Assembly (NCBI GenBank): GCA_038087875.1 | Contig: CM075991.1 | Coordinates: 6,324,001 to 6,388,000 of the forward strand | Origin: Malacoraja senta | Taxonomy: Eukaryota | Reading direction: 5' to 3' | DNA length: 64,000 nt | Program-made: the position numbers and the translations under genes | Part shown: one piece after another, positions 50,133 through 63,340 of the stretch | Layout of the letters: every line of letters begins with the position of its first letter | How positions within the stretch are numbered: position 1 is the stretch's first letter | The notes under the pieces: model-generated | Database searches by the model: none | Seen by the model: the letters and a program-made list of their open reading frames with translations, nothing else | Told to the model about the DNA's origin: nothing

Positions 50133-50414
50133 ACCTCCAACACTGCTTGATACCCAAGAACTCCTTCAAAGGGGCTGAGCTCTTTGTTTGCAAATGAGGA
50201 AATAATAATGTGTCACTTTTACTTTTCTGTCACCAGTTTATCAAAGTGGGGAGACATTATTCACAGAGGCACTGAAGCATTTATTCTGCAGTACTGACTG
50301 TGGAAGGGATGCTTTCCATCAGCAAATAGTTGGTTGTAAAATAACAATGGATTCCCATACACCTACTTCAAAGTGTGTTAACATTTGGGCCTTATGTGTG
50401 CTTAAATGTCATCT

Positions 50415-50420
50415 AATAAA
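50415..50420 (+). terminator. Candidate polyadenylation signal AATAAA
   Basis: First AATAAA I found downstream of the stop codon; usage not verifiable. Confidence 0.4.
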
Positions 50421-51192
50421 GTCAAGGAGTGCTGTTCTGGAATGGAACATGGCTAAGCACATTCAGTACTGATCTCCGGCATGTTGCTCATAATTATGCT
50501 TTATTTCCCTATTTCTGCTGCTCCAGTTCATCATTTGGGATCAATATGAGTTTCCACACGTGGATGGCTCCCAGTTCTATCTGAACACCACCGCCTTTTT
50601 GCTTCCATCAAATTGTCCAATATTAAAAAATGTGCAGGACAAAATGTTCTCTGACTGAATATTGGGAAGATCAAATGTATTGTCTTTGATTGTGTGATCA
50701 AGTCAAGAGTATTTTATTGTCATATGTCCCGAAACGGTGACATTTATATTAGCTGACCACCCATTCTATTCTCCTTAAAATCCTTAAAGTCTTCCCCTTT
50801 CACCAAGCTTTTCTTCACCTGCCTATTTTCTCCTTGTGATTCTCATGTCAATACCCTGGTTTATAATAATATCGTCACTCTGCAAACCTTTGTATCTTTA
50901 ATTATAAATTATACGTTTACAAAATGCTGTTGCTGTAATATCTGACTGCTGTAATGCAACAGGAAAAGTTACTTTTATGTAAAGATGTTATCAGATAAAC
51001 AACATTTTGATAAATGACCTCTAACACCATTTGCCTCATATATAATGCAGTGCGTATGACTTATTTGCTAATTATGTTAATCATTGCCATAACAATAACT
51101 TGAGAAGATACATATTACAACTGGTATGCTTGGGATGATAAAGGTGTCAAAGGGGGCTTATAAATCCTTAAATATCTCCACTGGATTAAATT

Positions 51193-51602
51193 CACTGGAG
51201 TTTAGAAGGATGGGGGGGATCTTATAGAAACATATACAAGTATAAAAGGACTGGACAAGCTAGATGCAGGAAAAATGTTCCCAATGTTGGGCGAGTCCAG
51301 AACCAGGGACCACAGTCTTGGAATAAAGGGGAGGTCATTTAAGACTGAGGTGAGAAAAAACTTTTTCACCCAGAGAGTTGTGAATTTATGGAATTCCCTG
51401 CCACAGAGGGCAGTGGAGGCCAAGTCACTGGATGGATTTAAGAGAGAGTTAGATAGAGCTCTAGGAGGCTAGTGGAGTCAAGGGATATGGAGAGATGGCA
51501 GGCACGGGTTATTGATAGGGGATGATCAGCCATGATCACAATGAATGGCGGTGCTGGCTCGAAGGGCCGAATGGCCTCCTCCTGCACCTATTTTCTATGT
51601 TT
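51193..51602 (+). mobile_element. CR1 LINE 3' end. Other short CR1 tails at about 24545-24770, 25840-26240(-), 32620-33005, 33700-33945, 38057-38290, 41960-42620, 42815-43040(-), 49465-49680(-), 53190-53950
   Basis: Same FFTQRVVNLWNSLP-coding 3' sequence and GGGCCGAATGGCCT..TCCTG 3' motif. Confidence 0.75.
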
Positions 51603-54600
51603 CCACTATTCATAGCTTATTTCTGCCATGCCATTTCTGAGTCAACACTGATGGAAATTGATTGTTCTAAACAGTCACTAACTCAGTTATGGTTGCACCA
51701 TCAAGTCGCAGGGAAGTATAAGGGGAACTGTAATTTTGTATGTTGTTTGTAGGTTAATTGGCTTCTATAAATTGTAAATTGTCCCTAGTGTGTAGGATAG
51801 TGCTAGCGTACAGGATGATGGCCGGTCGTCGCATACTGGGTGGGCCGAAGGGCCTGTTTCCGCGCTGGAATAAATAAAACAGGAAATGCTGGAAACTCTC
51901 AGCAGGTCAAACACCAATTGTGAAAAGAGTTGTGGGGCGACATAGTGGCGCAGCGGTAGAGTTGCTGCCTTACAGCATCACAGACCTAGGTTCGATCCTC
52001 ACTACGGGTGCTGTCTGCACAGAGTTTGTACGTTCTCTCTGTGACCACGTGGGCTTTCTCCGGGCGCTCCGGTTTCCTCCCACACTCCAAGGACGTACAA
52101 GTTTGTCGGTTAATTGGCTTCTGTAAATTATCGCTAGTGTGTTGGATAGTATTAATGATCAGGTTGTCGTTTAGCGCGGACAAAGTGGGCCGAAACATTT
52201 GGCTTTACTAATCTTTTTCCTTTTTACATATCTGTAGAAGCTTTTAGAGTCAGTTTTTATATTCCCCCCAAGCTTTCTTTCATGCTCTTCCCCCCCCCCT
52301 CTTAATTAACCCCTTTGTGCTCCTCCGTTGAGTTTTAAATTTCGCCCAGTCCTCCGGTTTGCTTCTTCCTCTGGCCAATTTATATGCCTCTTCATTGGCT
52401 TTAACACTATCCTTGATTTCCCTCGTCTTTATTAATTATTATTAATTTTTCGCAGGCAGGCATGAACAATTTTTGGAGTTCATCCATGCGGTCTTTAAAT
52501 CTTTACCATTGTATCTCTACTGTCAACCCTTTAAGTATACCGTAACTTGCCAGTCTATCCGAGCCAATTCCCGTCTCATTCCCTTAACGTCGTTGGCATT
52601 CCAGCATACTGCCACCTGGTGTTGATGTGTGGTAAGTGCTGGTTTTACTGTCTGCATTGCTGCTGCAATGAAAGTAAGAAAGTGATGCTCCCTGTTGTGA
52701 AGCTTTATCTGTGGTAGGTGTTGCTTTTTGGGAAGGTGATACATAGTTGGACTTTCACAGTGAATGATAGGGTCCTGGGGAGTGATGCAGCACAGAGGGA
52801 TCTAGGAGTACACGTACATAGTTCCCTGAAAGTGGTGTAACAGGTAGACAGGATGGTGAAGATATGGTCTATATATATATATATATATATGTCAGGTGTA
52901 TATATATGGTCTATGGACCATATACACACTGAACTTTTAACTCCAGTTCTGTATTATGTCTGTTCTGCTGCAGCAAGCAAGAATTTCATTGTCCTATCTG
53001 GGACACATGACAATAAAACTCTCTTGACTCTTGACTCTTGAAGAAGGCTCTTGGCCTGCTGGCCTTCATCAGTAAAGCCATAGAGTATAACGTCCGAAGA
53101 AGGGTCTCAAGTTGAAATGTCACCCATTCCTTCTCTCCTGAGATGATGCCTGTCCCACTGAATTACTCCAGCATTTTGTGTCTATCGAGTTAGAAGTTGG
53201 GATGTTTGTGAGGCCACTATTGGAGCTTTGCGTTCATTTTTAGTCAATCAACTACAGGAAGGGTGCCATTAAGTTGGAAAGAGTGCAGAAATGATTTACA
53301 AGGCTGTTGTCAAGATTCCAGCAACTGAGTTACAGGGAAAAGCTGGGAGAAGCTAGGAAAACTTTATTCCTTAGAGCGTAGGGGATTGAGGGGTGATCTT
53401 ATAGTGGTGTATAAAGGTGAGAGGGGAAAGATTTATTAGGAAACTGAAGGGCACCTTATTCACACAGAGGGTGGTGGGTATGGAATGAGTTGCCAGAGGA
53501 AGTGATTGAGGCAGATGCAACAACACCAGTTAAGTGGCATTTGGACAGGTAGATGGATAGGAAAGGTTTAGAGTGATATGGATCATAGGTAGGGAAACGG
53601 GTCTTATGTAAATGGCCATCATGGTGGGCATGGATGAGTTGGGTGAAAGGGCCCCCGTTTCCATGCTGTATGACTACAACTGGTCTATGCTAAATCTGAG
53701 GGGTAACCTTTTCACACAGAGGGTGGTGGATGTATGGAACAATCTGCCAGAGGAGGTAGTTGAGGCAGGGACTATCCCAACATTTAAGAAGCAGTGAGAC
53801 AGGCATATCGATAGGACCGGTTTAGAGGGATATGGATCAAATGCTGGCATGTGGGACTAGTGTAGGTGGAACATGTTAGCCGGTGTGGGCAAGTTGGGCC
53901 GAGGGACCTGTTTCCACACGGTATCATTCTATGTCTCTATGTCTCTATAGTTGTTCAGAACCAACATAGAAAGGAGCCAATGTAGAAATGTAGGGTTTGG
54001 AGTGGCTTCGATTTTGTCTGGATTGTGTCCAGCATCCATGAATAAGGATGGTCATGTTTCATTTTTCTATGTTCTATTTCCTACTGTTTATGCCGTTGAT
54101 TTGCAACAGTGCCCTGTTAATTTATGATGAATATCACATCTTCACAACATGTATCAAAGGTTTTTTTGTGTCCCAGATTTTACTCTAATTATGATGTCAC
54201 GTGTTTTGAAAAGTTCATCATTACTCCTTCGTCACTCCTGTTTTATACCCCCAGATTTTGTTTTTAATTCCTGCTCAAGGATGGCAAGAGGTCAGGCACC
54301 AGAATCATTTAAGGAATGTAGAAACATCGAACTGCAGATGCTGATTTACAAAAGAAGACACAAAGTGCTGAAGTAACTCAGCGGGTCAAGCAACATCTCT
54401 AAAGAATGTGGATAAATGACATTTTGTGTTGGGACCCTTCTTCAGACTCAAAATCTACAGGGCATAGGATAAGAGATGGTTGGATACTGCAATGGACAGA
54501 ACCTGGCCGGCACTGTGGCACAGCGGTAGAGTTGCTGGCTTACAGCGCTTGCAGCACTGGAGACCCGGGTTCGATCCCGACTATGGATGCTGTGTGTATG

Positions 54601-57009
54601 GAGGTTGTAAATTCTCCCCATGACCGCGTGGGTTTTCTCCAAGATCTTTGGTTTCCTCCCACACTCCAAAATCGTACACGTTTGTAGGTTAATTGGATTG
54701 GTACAAGCGTAAACTGTCCCTAGTGTGTGTAGAATAGTGTTAATGTGTGGGGATCACTGGTCGGTGAGGACTCGCTGGGCCGAAGGGCCTGTTTTCACGC
54801 TGTATCTCTAAGCTAAACCAGAGGGTGGTGATCAGTGCAAGTGAATGAATTGGGATTCTGCTTCCAGTAGATGGGGCTGTATGATCCACTATGACCTGCC
54901 AGTGAGTTCACTTACAACCTGAGCATTGATTTACCATTTTTAAAGGGGTATTGCTCAATAACAGAAGCTGCATTTTTGGGGGGATGTGCCTAAAAGGTTT
55001 TCATGAACCAGTTGAAGAGAAACTTAGGGAGGGGATGCCAGGGATTTGGGACTTACAACTGAAGGCATAGCCACCAAAAGTAAAACAATTAAAATTTGTA
55101 GGTGGACACAAAAAGTTGGAGTAACTCGGTGGGTCAGACAGCATCTCTGGAGCAAAGGAATAGGTGACATTTCTTGTTGAGACACTTCTTCAGTTGACCT
55201 GAAATGTCACCTGTTCCTTTTATCCAGAAATGCTTTCTGACCCACTGGGTTATTCCAGCTCTTTGTGTTTATCTTCAGTTTAAACTAGCAGTTCCTTCCT
55301 ACACATTAAAATTTGTACATGCTTTGTGTAGATCAAACACTATATTACTGATCTGATCCATGCCTGGTTTTACTATATTGCTGACCCGATCCATGATCCA
55401 TGCCATCTTGTGGTATGCGGTTAGCTGGGCAAGGCAGTCAATTTTGATAAGGATGTAATACTAGGCGGAGGCTTTCATGTACTCTCTGCCTTTTATATGG
55501 ATATTAAAGAACTTTATATGAAGTTAAATGACTTGTTGTTTCACTACTTCATACATGGTGTCAGAAGTATTCTTTTGGAAAGACTTTGGCTGATATTTTA
55601 TGAGTTTTCACAGGGTTTATTCGCGACTCAGATATGATGCACTAATATCTTGTAGGTGCTGTTGGGATGATGGGGCAGGCATGGGGAAGACATAGAGGGA
55701 TTTGAAACAAGGGTGAAAATATGGATCATAGGGGTTATGTGTGGACTATATTGATAAGAAGAGCTCTAGTGAACAATAATATTCAATGACCATGTGAAAG
55801 GAATAGGTTTAATACCCTCCATGCTGTTTCATCAAATAAGCCCCCTTGTACAGCATGTGGCACAACAGTAGAGTTTCTGCCTTACAGCGTTTGCAGCTCC
55901 GGAGACCCGGGTTTGATCCTGACTATGGGTGCTCTCTGTATGGAGTTTGTACGTTCTCCCCGTGACTGCGTGGGTTTTCTCCGAGATCTTTGGTTTCCTC
56001 CCACACTCCAAAGATGTACAGGTTTGTAGGTTAATTGGCTTGGTATAAGTGTAAATTGTCCCTGGTGTGTGTAGGATAGTGTTAATATGCGAGGATCGCT
56101 GGTCGGTGTGGACTCGGTGGGCCGTAGGGCCATTTTCCATGCTTTATCTCTAAACTAAACTAAACTAAACTTGTAGAATCCATTCCTGGAATTCTACCCT
56201 ATTGTATCACGCTTTCTTTAAAAAAACGATTGCCTTTCTGCCTCTCACTGTTGTATCAATAAAGAACAATGAACGGTTTCAACAATTGACAACATATTTG
56301 TCATTCTGCACAACGTATCTGTTACTCTGGCTGCTCAAGACTATTTTCCAGACTTCCAGATTTAAACATCCTTATCTTCCCCGATGACATGCATCAGGCA
56401 CCATGTGCAAACCTAGGTGACCTCTGGCAGGACGTTTTCCAACTTTCCATTCTGGTGAGTCACTGTGTCCAGTTTGCATGGGTGGAGAAAGATCCCAAAT
56501 GCCTCTTTAAACAGACTGTGGTTAGATTCTGCCCAGCAACCCATAGACAACGTGCTGTTGGTCACCACACCTGGTGGCACAGTGTTGGTTTGTTCATCCA
56601 CAATTTAAAAAATACGAATTATCAGCAGTAAATAAAGACCACACTGACGAGAGAGTATTTTTCTCAAGGATGTCAAATGATTCCCAGCACGTTCAGCTAA
56701 TCCGTTCCAATTCCAGACCCCCGTTGTTTCCTGAACAAGACATCGTTGCTAAAAATACACTTAGTTTACTAAATGAGTGTGCTTTTTGGGGGGTATTGGT
56801 GCTAAAAATAGAAGGCCAGATTGCACTGAAAAAAATTATAATTTGGCTCTGAGTTTCTATTTGCGTGCAGAATTGCAGTAATATTGCTTGAAAGTGGAAA
56901 TTTATTTGGTTGGGGGGGGGGGTTTAACACCATATTCTTGGCAAAACACCAGATAGAAACAACACAGTGAAGAATCAATAACTTACTTGTTTAATTGCTG
57001 CAGAACCTA

Positions 57010-57317
57010 GGGTCGGCACAGTGGCGCAGCGGTAGAGTTGCTGCCTTACAGCGCCAGAGACCCGGGTTTGATCCTGGCTACGGGTGCTGTCTGTACGGAG
57101 TTTGTACGTTCTCCCCGCGACCGCATAGGTTTTCCCCGGGTGCTCCGGTTTCCTCGCACACTCCAAAGACATACAGGTTTGTAGGTTAATTGGCTTGGGT
57201 AAGAATTGTAAATTGTCCCTAGTATGTAGGATAGTATTAGTGTACGGGGTGATCGGTTGTAAGCGTGGACTCGATGGACCAAAGAGCGGGTTTCAACGCT
57301 GTATCTCTAAACTAAAC
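57010..57317 (+). mobile_element. HE1-like tRNA SINE. Representative; others at about 4385-4690, 5163-5510, 5663-5952(-), 7305-8025(-), 9830-10112(-), 23750-24100(-), 25630-25750, 26617-26780, 51750-52195, 54508-54817, 55850-56170, 61135-61400, 61735-61995, 63657-63845
   Basis: A box TGGCGCAGCGGTAG, B-box-like GGTTTGATCC, conserved body GTTTGTACGTTCTCCCCG, (AAACT)n tail; 3' end resembles CR1 tails. Confidence 0.8.
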
Positions 57318-58673
57318 CTGAACAAAGCTGAACAAAACTCAATTAAGTAATGCAAAAAACTTAGTTCAGTAATCCCAAAGTTTCCTCATTCATTGTACAG
57401 GATTTTACAATGTAGAATCATTTGTGCTTAGATTTAGGATTTCTAAAATCGACGTAAAATCCTAACACTTAATCTATCGCTAGTTCTTATCTACTTTTTC
57501 AATTCAATGATGGTCTTCATAAGGTGCATTGATCCCAAACAAAGGCTTCTCAATTTAAAGATATTGGGGGGGAGGGAGCAGAGATGTTTTCCCAAATAAA
57601 GATTCATTCTTTGCAAATCCAAACGGCCCAACTTGTTGCAAATATAACACAGCATTATTTGTATCTATTACTTTAAGTGCCTACTCCTGATAAGTGCTTG
57701 AAACACTGTCAAAAGTCAGTTTCCAATTAACAGGCGAACACTGCGTAAGAGACCAGCTGACAGCAACATTCTTTAGCCCAGAGATAGCATCGAGTTGGAG
57801 AATTCCAGTTTTTCTAAATGTACTCAGCTGTATGCAGAGGACCCAGGGATCGCTGGTGAGGCAAGTCACATGAAGGCCTGGTTAGTGACATCTTGAGTTC
57901 ATAGCCTTTCAACTGTTGAATTGAGTGTCCCATAACACCAGTTGCCAGGAGTCCAATCTCAGAGCAGACATGGGCTGTCCAATTTATTTCCAATGAGGTG
58001 CTTGTACCTAATTCAGACTAGATTAATCACCATTAATCAGAAGGGCAATTCTGGTCTTTGCAAATTACCAATCGATCGTTTGAATGTAACGAACACCACA
58101 TTGATGTCTTGTATGCAACTCACGCTGTCCACTCTGAAGAAAGACAACATATTTGAAGCACTGGAACTGATCGTTCAGTCTATCCAGTTAAACCAAAGTT
58201 TATGCCCCACATAACCATTCATTTACGCTCACTCTGTCTCACTCTCTTAACTCATAAAGCCAGACTTGCATTTAATGTCTCATGTTTCATGACTTCAAAA
58301 TGCCCCAATGTGTTTTACAGCCAATGAAGTTTGTATTTGTTGGAGTGTTTTGAGAAAGTTACAGAAGGACTGATGAGGGAAATGTGGGAGGTGGACTTGG
58401 GCTCGGGACGCCTTTGTCAAGAATGGAGTAGAGGAGAGATTACTGGTCAAAAGAGGTAAAGGGAATGAGTAGGGCAAGGCAAAGTGGGAATAGTTGGACT
58501 GCTCATTCTTTCGTCAAACTTCGTAAAATGGAATTTAATGTCATGGAACATTATCTGTCTTGCTGTGGGTGCAAAAAATGTCCAGAGAGATTTTAACTAC
58601 TTGTGTTTTTATCCCATTCTTGCCTAGGTTTACTTTAACATGTAATACTATTTATAATTGAGGGAGTTGCTAA

Positions 58674-59178
58674 TTGCTATTGAGGGAGTGCAGCGTAGGT
58701 TCACGAGGTTAATTCCTGGGATGGCGGGACTGTCATATGATGAAAGAATGGAACGACTGGGCTTGTATTCACTGGAATTTAGAAGGATGAGAGGATATCT
58801 TATAGAAACATATAAAATTATTAAGGGATTGGACAAGTTAGATGCAGGAAACATGTTCCCGATGTTGGGGGAGTCCAGAACTAGGGGCCACAGTTTAAGA
58901 ATAAGGGGTAGGCCATTTAGAACTGAGATGGGGAAAAACTTTTTCAGCCACAGAGTTGCGAATTTGTGGAATTCGCTGCCGCAGATGGCAGTGGAGGCCG
59001 ATTCAATGGATGCATTCAAAAGAGAGTTAGATAGAGCTCTTAGGGCTAGCGGAATCAAGGGATATGGGGAGAAGGCAGGGACAATGTACTGATAGTAGAT
59101 GATCAGCCACGACCACGTTGAATGGCAGTGCTGTCTCGAAGGGCCGAATGGCCTACTCCTGCACCTATTTTCTATGTT
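58674..59178 (+). mobile_element. CR1 LINE 3' end
   Basis: ORF 58658..59092 is a CR1 ORF2 C-terminus. Confidence 0.85.
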
Positions 59179-59184
59179 TAATAA

Positions 59185-59715
59185 AAAGGAAATGCAGATG
59201 CTGGTTTATACCAAAGATACATCGAATGCCGGAGTAACTCAACAGGTCAGGCTTCTCTGGAGAAAATGGATAGGTGACATTTCAGGTTGGGACCCTTCTA
59301 CAGACTGATTGTAGAGGTGGTGGTGGTGGGGGTGGGGGGGGGGACACTGGAAGTGAGGACATATCAAGGGTGGCAACAGATGACCTCAGGCAAGGACATT
59401 CCCTGATAGGCCGATTGTTGGCTAGAGATGGTGTGGGCCCATCGTTATGAGCTGTGGAACTGGTTATCGGACTTTTAGTGGCGGAAGAGAGGGGAGGGGG
59501 AGGGGTGGGTAGTGTTTGTAAAAGTTACCTAAAATTGGAGAATTCAACATTCATACCGCTGGGTTGTAAGCATCCCAAAGCAAATATGAGGTGCTGTTCC
59601 TCCAATATGCATGTGGTCTCACTCTGGCAGTGGAGGAGGCCCAGGACAGAATGGTCGTTATGGGACTGGGGTCGGGAAGTTAAAATAGTTATCAACTGGG
59701 AGATCCAGTAGCCCT
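59185..59715 (-). mobile_element. Degenerate Penelope-like 3' fragment
   Basis: SVLGLLHCQSE...LEEQHLIFALGCLQPSGMNVEFSNFR on the minus strand plus terminal unit. Confidence 0.75.
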
Positions 59716-60632
59716 GGGCAGACCAGATGTAAATATTGAGTGAGCCACTATGCCGCCCACTGTGCCTGTTTGATGTCAATCCCCTTGACTCAGTGGACAG
59801 AATGGCCTCCCTCCATGTTATAACCACTCTGATTCCGTGATATGTAATCACTATTGTAATGTCGGCCACGTGTGTGTTTGGGAAATGGGTCTGGAACTGG
59901 AACTATCTGCAACTGGGGAAGGAAGCATTGATTAATCTAACACCCTTCACCATGCTATCATCTCCCCTTCTATCATTATGTTTAAGGAACTTCTTCACAG
60001 CTATTGACCGAGGCTGCTACAGTCCCAGCAGTTGGGCTTTCATCCAATTCCAGAAAACTTTCCCAACTACTGTATCAGATTTTATCAACAACCATTTCTC
60101 ATCCTATCATAACCCTATCTTGTTTTAAGCCCAGGTTTCCCTTTGACCCCCGTGCCTTAAAGTAAAATCCACTCTTTATTGTGGAGTGATAGTTTCCAAA
60201 TCTGCTCAAATGAATGCATGTAGAGCTAACTAATATTAACTGTGTATGTGCCCTGAACCTATGGCTACCAATAATACACTTATTCATAGACGCAATCAAA
60301 TGGTAGCTGGGTTTGTACAAGTTGAAAGAAACGTTATGAGATTTCCATTTAAAATGGACAATCTGGCACTAAAATACTCAGAACAATTGAATGCAAATCG
60401 AACACTTGCATGCAGTGATTGACTGTTACAGTAACTTTCCCGCACATTTTGCCACTTGAATTCCAAAGATTCCACACCACCATTTCAAAGAAGAGAAAGG
60501 TTTGCGTTCCCCAATTTCTGACCAATATTTATTCTTCAATCAACATTAGCAAAAATGAATTATCAGACAATTTCCTTTGTTAAGCATTCTTTTAGTTTCT
60601 CTACATGTGTCCAAGTTTAATACGCAATCTAA

Positions 60633-60956
60633 AGGGCCTGTCCCACTGTACGAGGTAATTCAAGTTCCCCCGAGTTCTCCCCTGATTCAAGTTCGTGTAA
60701 TGTACGTAACGGGTATGTAGGGGCTCGTACGAGTAAAAAGTAACCATTTTTTTCATCACAAGTATTTTTTTACCCGTGGACAATTTTCACAGTGTTGAAA
60801 AAACGTCACGAGTTTTCCGGATTTTCCGAGTACCTAGCGTTACTGGTACGAGCCGCTACATGACATCCACGAGCTCCTACGTACCTGCTACGTACATTAC
60901 ACAAGCTCGAATCAGGGGAGAACTCTTGAATTACATCGTACAATGGGACAGGCCCT
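60633..60956. mobile_element. Harbinger-like MITE related to family C
   Basis: TIR AGGGCCTGTCCCA.TGTACGA.GTAATTCAAG; flanked by TAA and TTA. Confidence 0.72.
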
Positions 60957-62889
60957 TTACATCCTCAATTTAGCCTTTGCCAATTTAAAATCTATCTTGA
61001 AAAGAAGATAGATTGCGTTTAGATTATGCGCTTTATAAACTCAGCGTGCCTCTCGGTGGCAATGAGGCATCCTTGAAATGTTTTTTTTCCTGTGTAGAAA
61101 GCAGAGGACCCAATTTGTTCACATCCATGGGGGAGGTTTAGTGACGCAGTGGTTGACCTTGTGCCTCACGATGCTAGAGACCTGGGTTCAACCCTGACTT
61201 CCAGTGCTGTCTGTGTGGAGTTTGCATGAGCTCCCTGTGACCGCATGGGTTTCTTCCGGGTGCTCCGGTTTCCTTCCACATCCCAAAGACATGCTGGTTT
61301 GTAGGTTAATTGACCTCTGTAAATTGTCCCTCGTGTGTGGGATACGAAGGTGGGATAAACATAGAACTAGTGTGAATTGGTGGTCGATGGTTGCTTGCAG
61401 TATCTCAAAAACCAACCCTCCTCAAATAGTAACAGGATCACTTGATTATCTGATACTGATTGAGGGAGAAATATTGACTGAGATGACTGGCACGAGCATC
61501 CCCTGCCCACTCTTCATTGAAATTTTGCCACAGAATCTTTTGAAGCTGTTTGGAGAGCAAACAGGGATGGAGATTTAACATCTAAACCAGAAGGTGGCAT
61601 ATCTGGCGATGAACTGTGGCAATGCCAAAATGTACCACTGAAGTACGAGCCTAGAATTCTGCAGGTGTGGCCCCAACCTTTTACTTTTGAATACATGAAG
61701 TAGAGCACTGAACCAATAAAGGTAGCACAGTGCCTGTGACCCAGGTTCGATCCTGACTAGGGGTGCTGTCCGTACGGAGTTTGTACATTCTTCCTGTGAC
61801 CGTGTGGGTTTTCTCCGGGTGCTCCGGTTTCCTCCCACACTCCAAAGACGTGCAGGATTGTAGGTTAATTGTCTTCTGTAAATTGTCCCTGGTTTGTAGG
61901 ATAGTGATAGTGTGTGGGTGACTGCTGCTCCCCGTAGACTCTGTGGGCCGGAGGGTTTGTTTCCATGCTCTATCTCTAAATTAAACTAAACTAAATTAAT
62001 TTGCGTTGAATTCAGATCCTATATATGAAAAAGAGCCCCTCTTTTTCGCCCTCCCCCCAGATTCCCATAACTAATAAAATCATGCCCCCACTTGTGTGTG
62101 CCTTGCATGAAAATCTTCTTACTTTAGGATAATAATTCCAGAGGTAAGCGTTTTCAAGACAGGCATAAGAAGAGTGAAAATTCAGAGTAACGTCCATTTC
62201 TCTGACCAGTACCCAAGTAATTCTGTGGTAATTCTAACTTCCGTTCTAAAATCCTGACTGTGTCCGAGCATTAATTGCCCGGTTAATAAAATATTATAGC
62301 ACGTGGGTTTGTGCTGAAAGTTACGTTGAGTGTCGGTGAGAGGCTGCAGTGTGACTGTCTCCTATTCTCTTATTAGGATACATTCCTCTTCCTCTCAATG
62401 GCAGTGGGCTAAGCCTTCTCTAGCACTGAAAAAAATCTGTTGACGTGCCCAATGTGTGGAATTCCAATCCTGAAGCATCACGGCCCTACAACCCAATGGG
62501 AAGGGGGGAGTGGCAGTACCACATTCCACTCATCAGTAACACATTGTTAAATATGAAATGACAAATACGAGATAACACCTCCAGCTCATCCCTGAGACAT
62601 CGTTGATTCATGCAACATCACTTGCCGTGGAAGGACTCATCAGACCTTCTTGACACTGGTACTATCAAGGTTGTGGAATGACACAAATGCACCAAGTCTA
62701 GTAAACTAAAAATGCACTTGTAAACGATTAACTCTTTCGGGGTACAGGGACATGTCCCAAAAGAGCGTGCACCACACTCAGCGCCACCTGTGGCCGCCCA
62801 GTGAACTTCAAGTGCGTTCCCGTCATTTTGTCCGGATGAAAGGAGGTACTGGACCATCAGTTGCTGGAAAATCGGTGGTGGACCTGTAC

Positions 62890-63340
62890 AGAAGGAATGG
62901 GTGATGTTTTGGGTTTAGACCATTCTTCAGACTGAATCAGGGGAGAGGGAGATACAGAGATAAGGAAGTGTAAGGTGTGAAAACAGGATAAAGGGGATGA
63001 AGTTCAAGGAAGATAGATCGTTGTTAGCTACGAGAAGGTAACAACAAAGCAAACAGAGATAAAATGTAAACGAGGACAGTCAGACTAGTCGGAGAACTGG
63101 GAAGGGGGGAGGGATGGAGAGAGAAGGAAGGCAAGGGTTACTTGAAGTTAGAGAAGTCAATGTTCATACCGCTGGGGTGTAAGCTGCCCAAGCAAAATAT
63201 GAGGTGTTGTTCCTCCAATTTGTGGGAAAAGGGAGGGGGAGTTAAATTGTTTAGCAAGTTTAGCGGATGTTCAGGAAGGTTTAGGCGAAACAAACGCCGA
63301 GCCTGTGCTTGGCCTCGCCGATGTATCGGAGTCCACACCT
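62890..63340 (-). mobile_element. Degenerate Penelope-like 3' fragment
   Basis: KLEEQHLIFCLGSLHPSGMNIDFSNFK plus 3' UTR and terminal unit. Confidence 0.75.
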
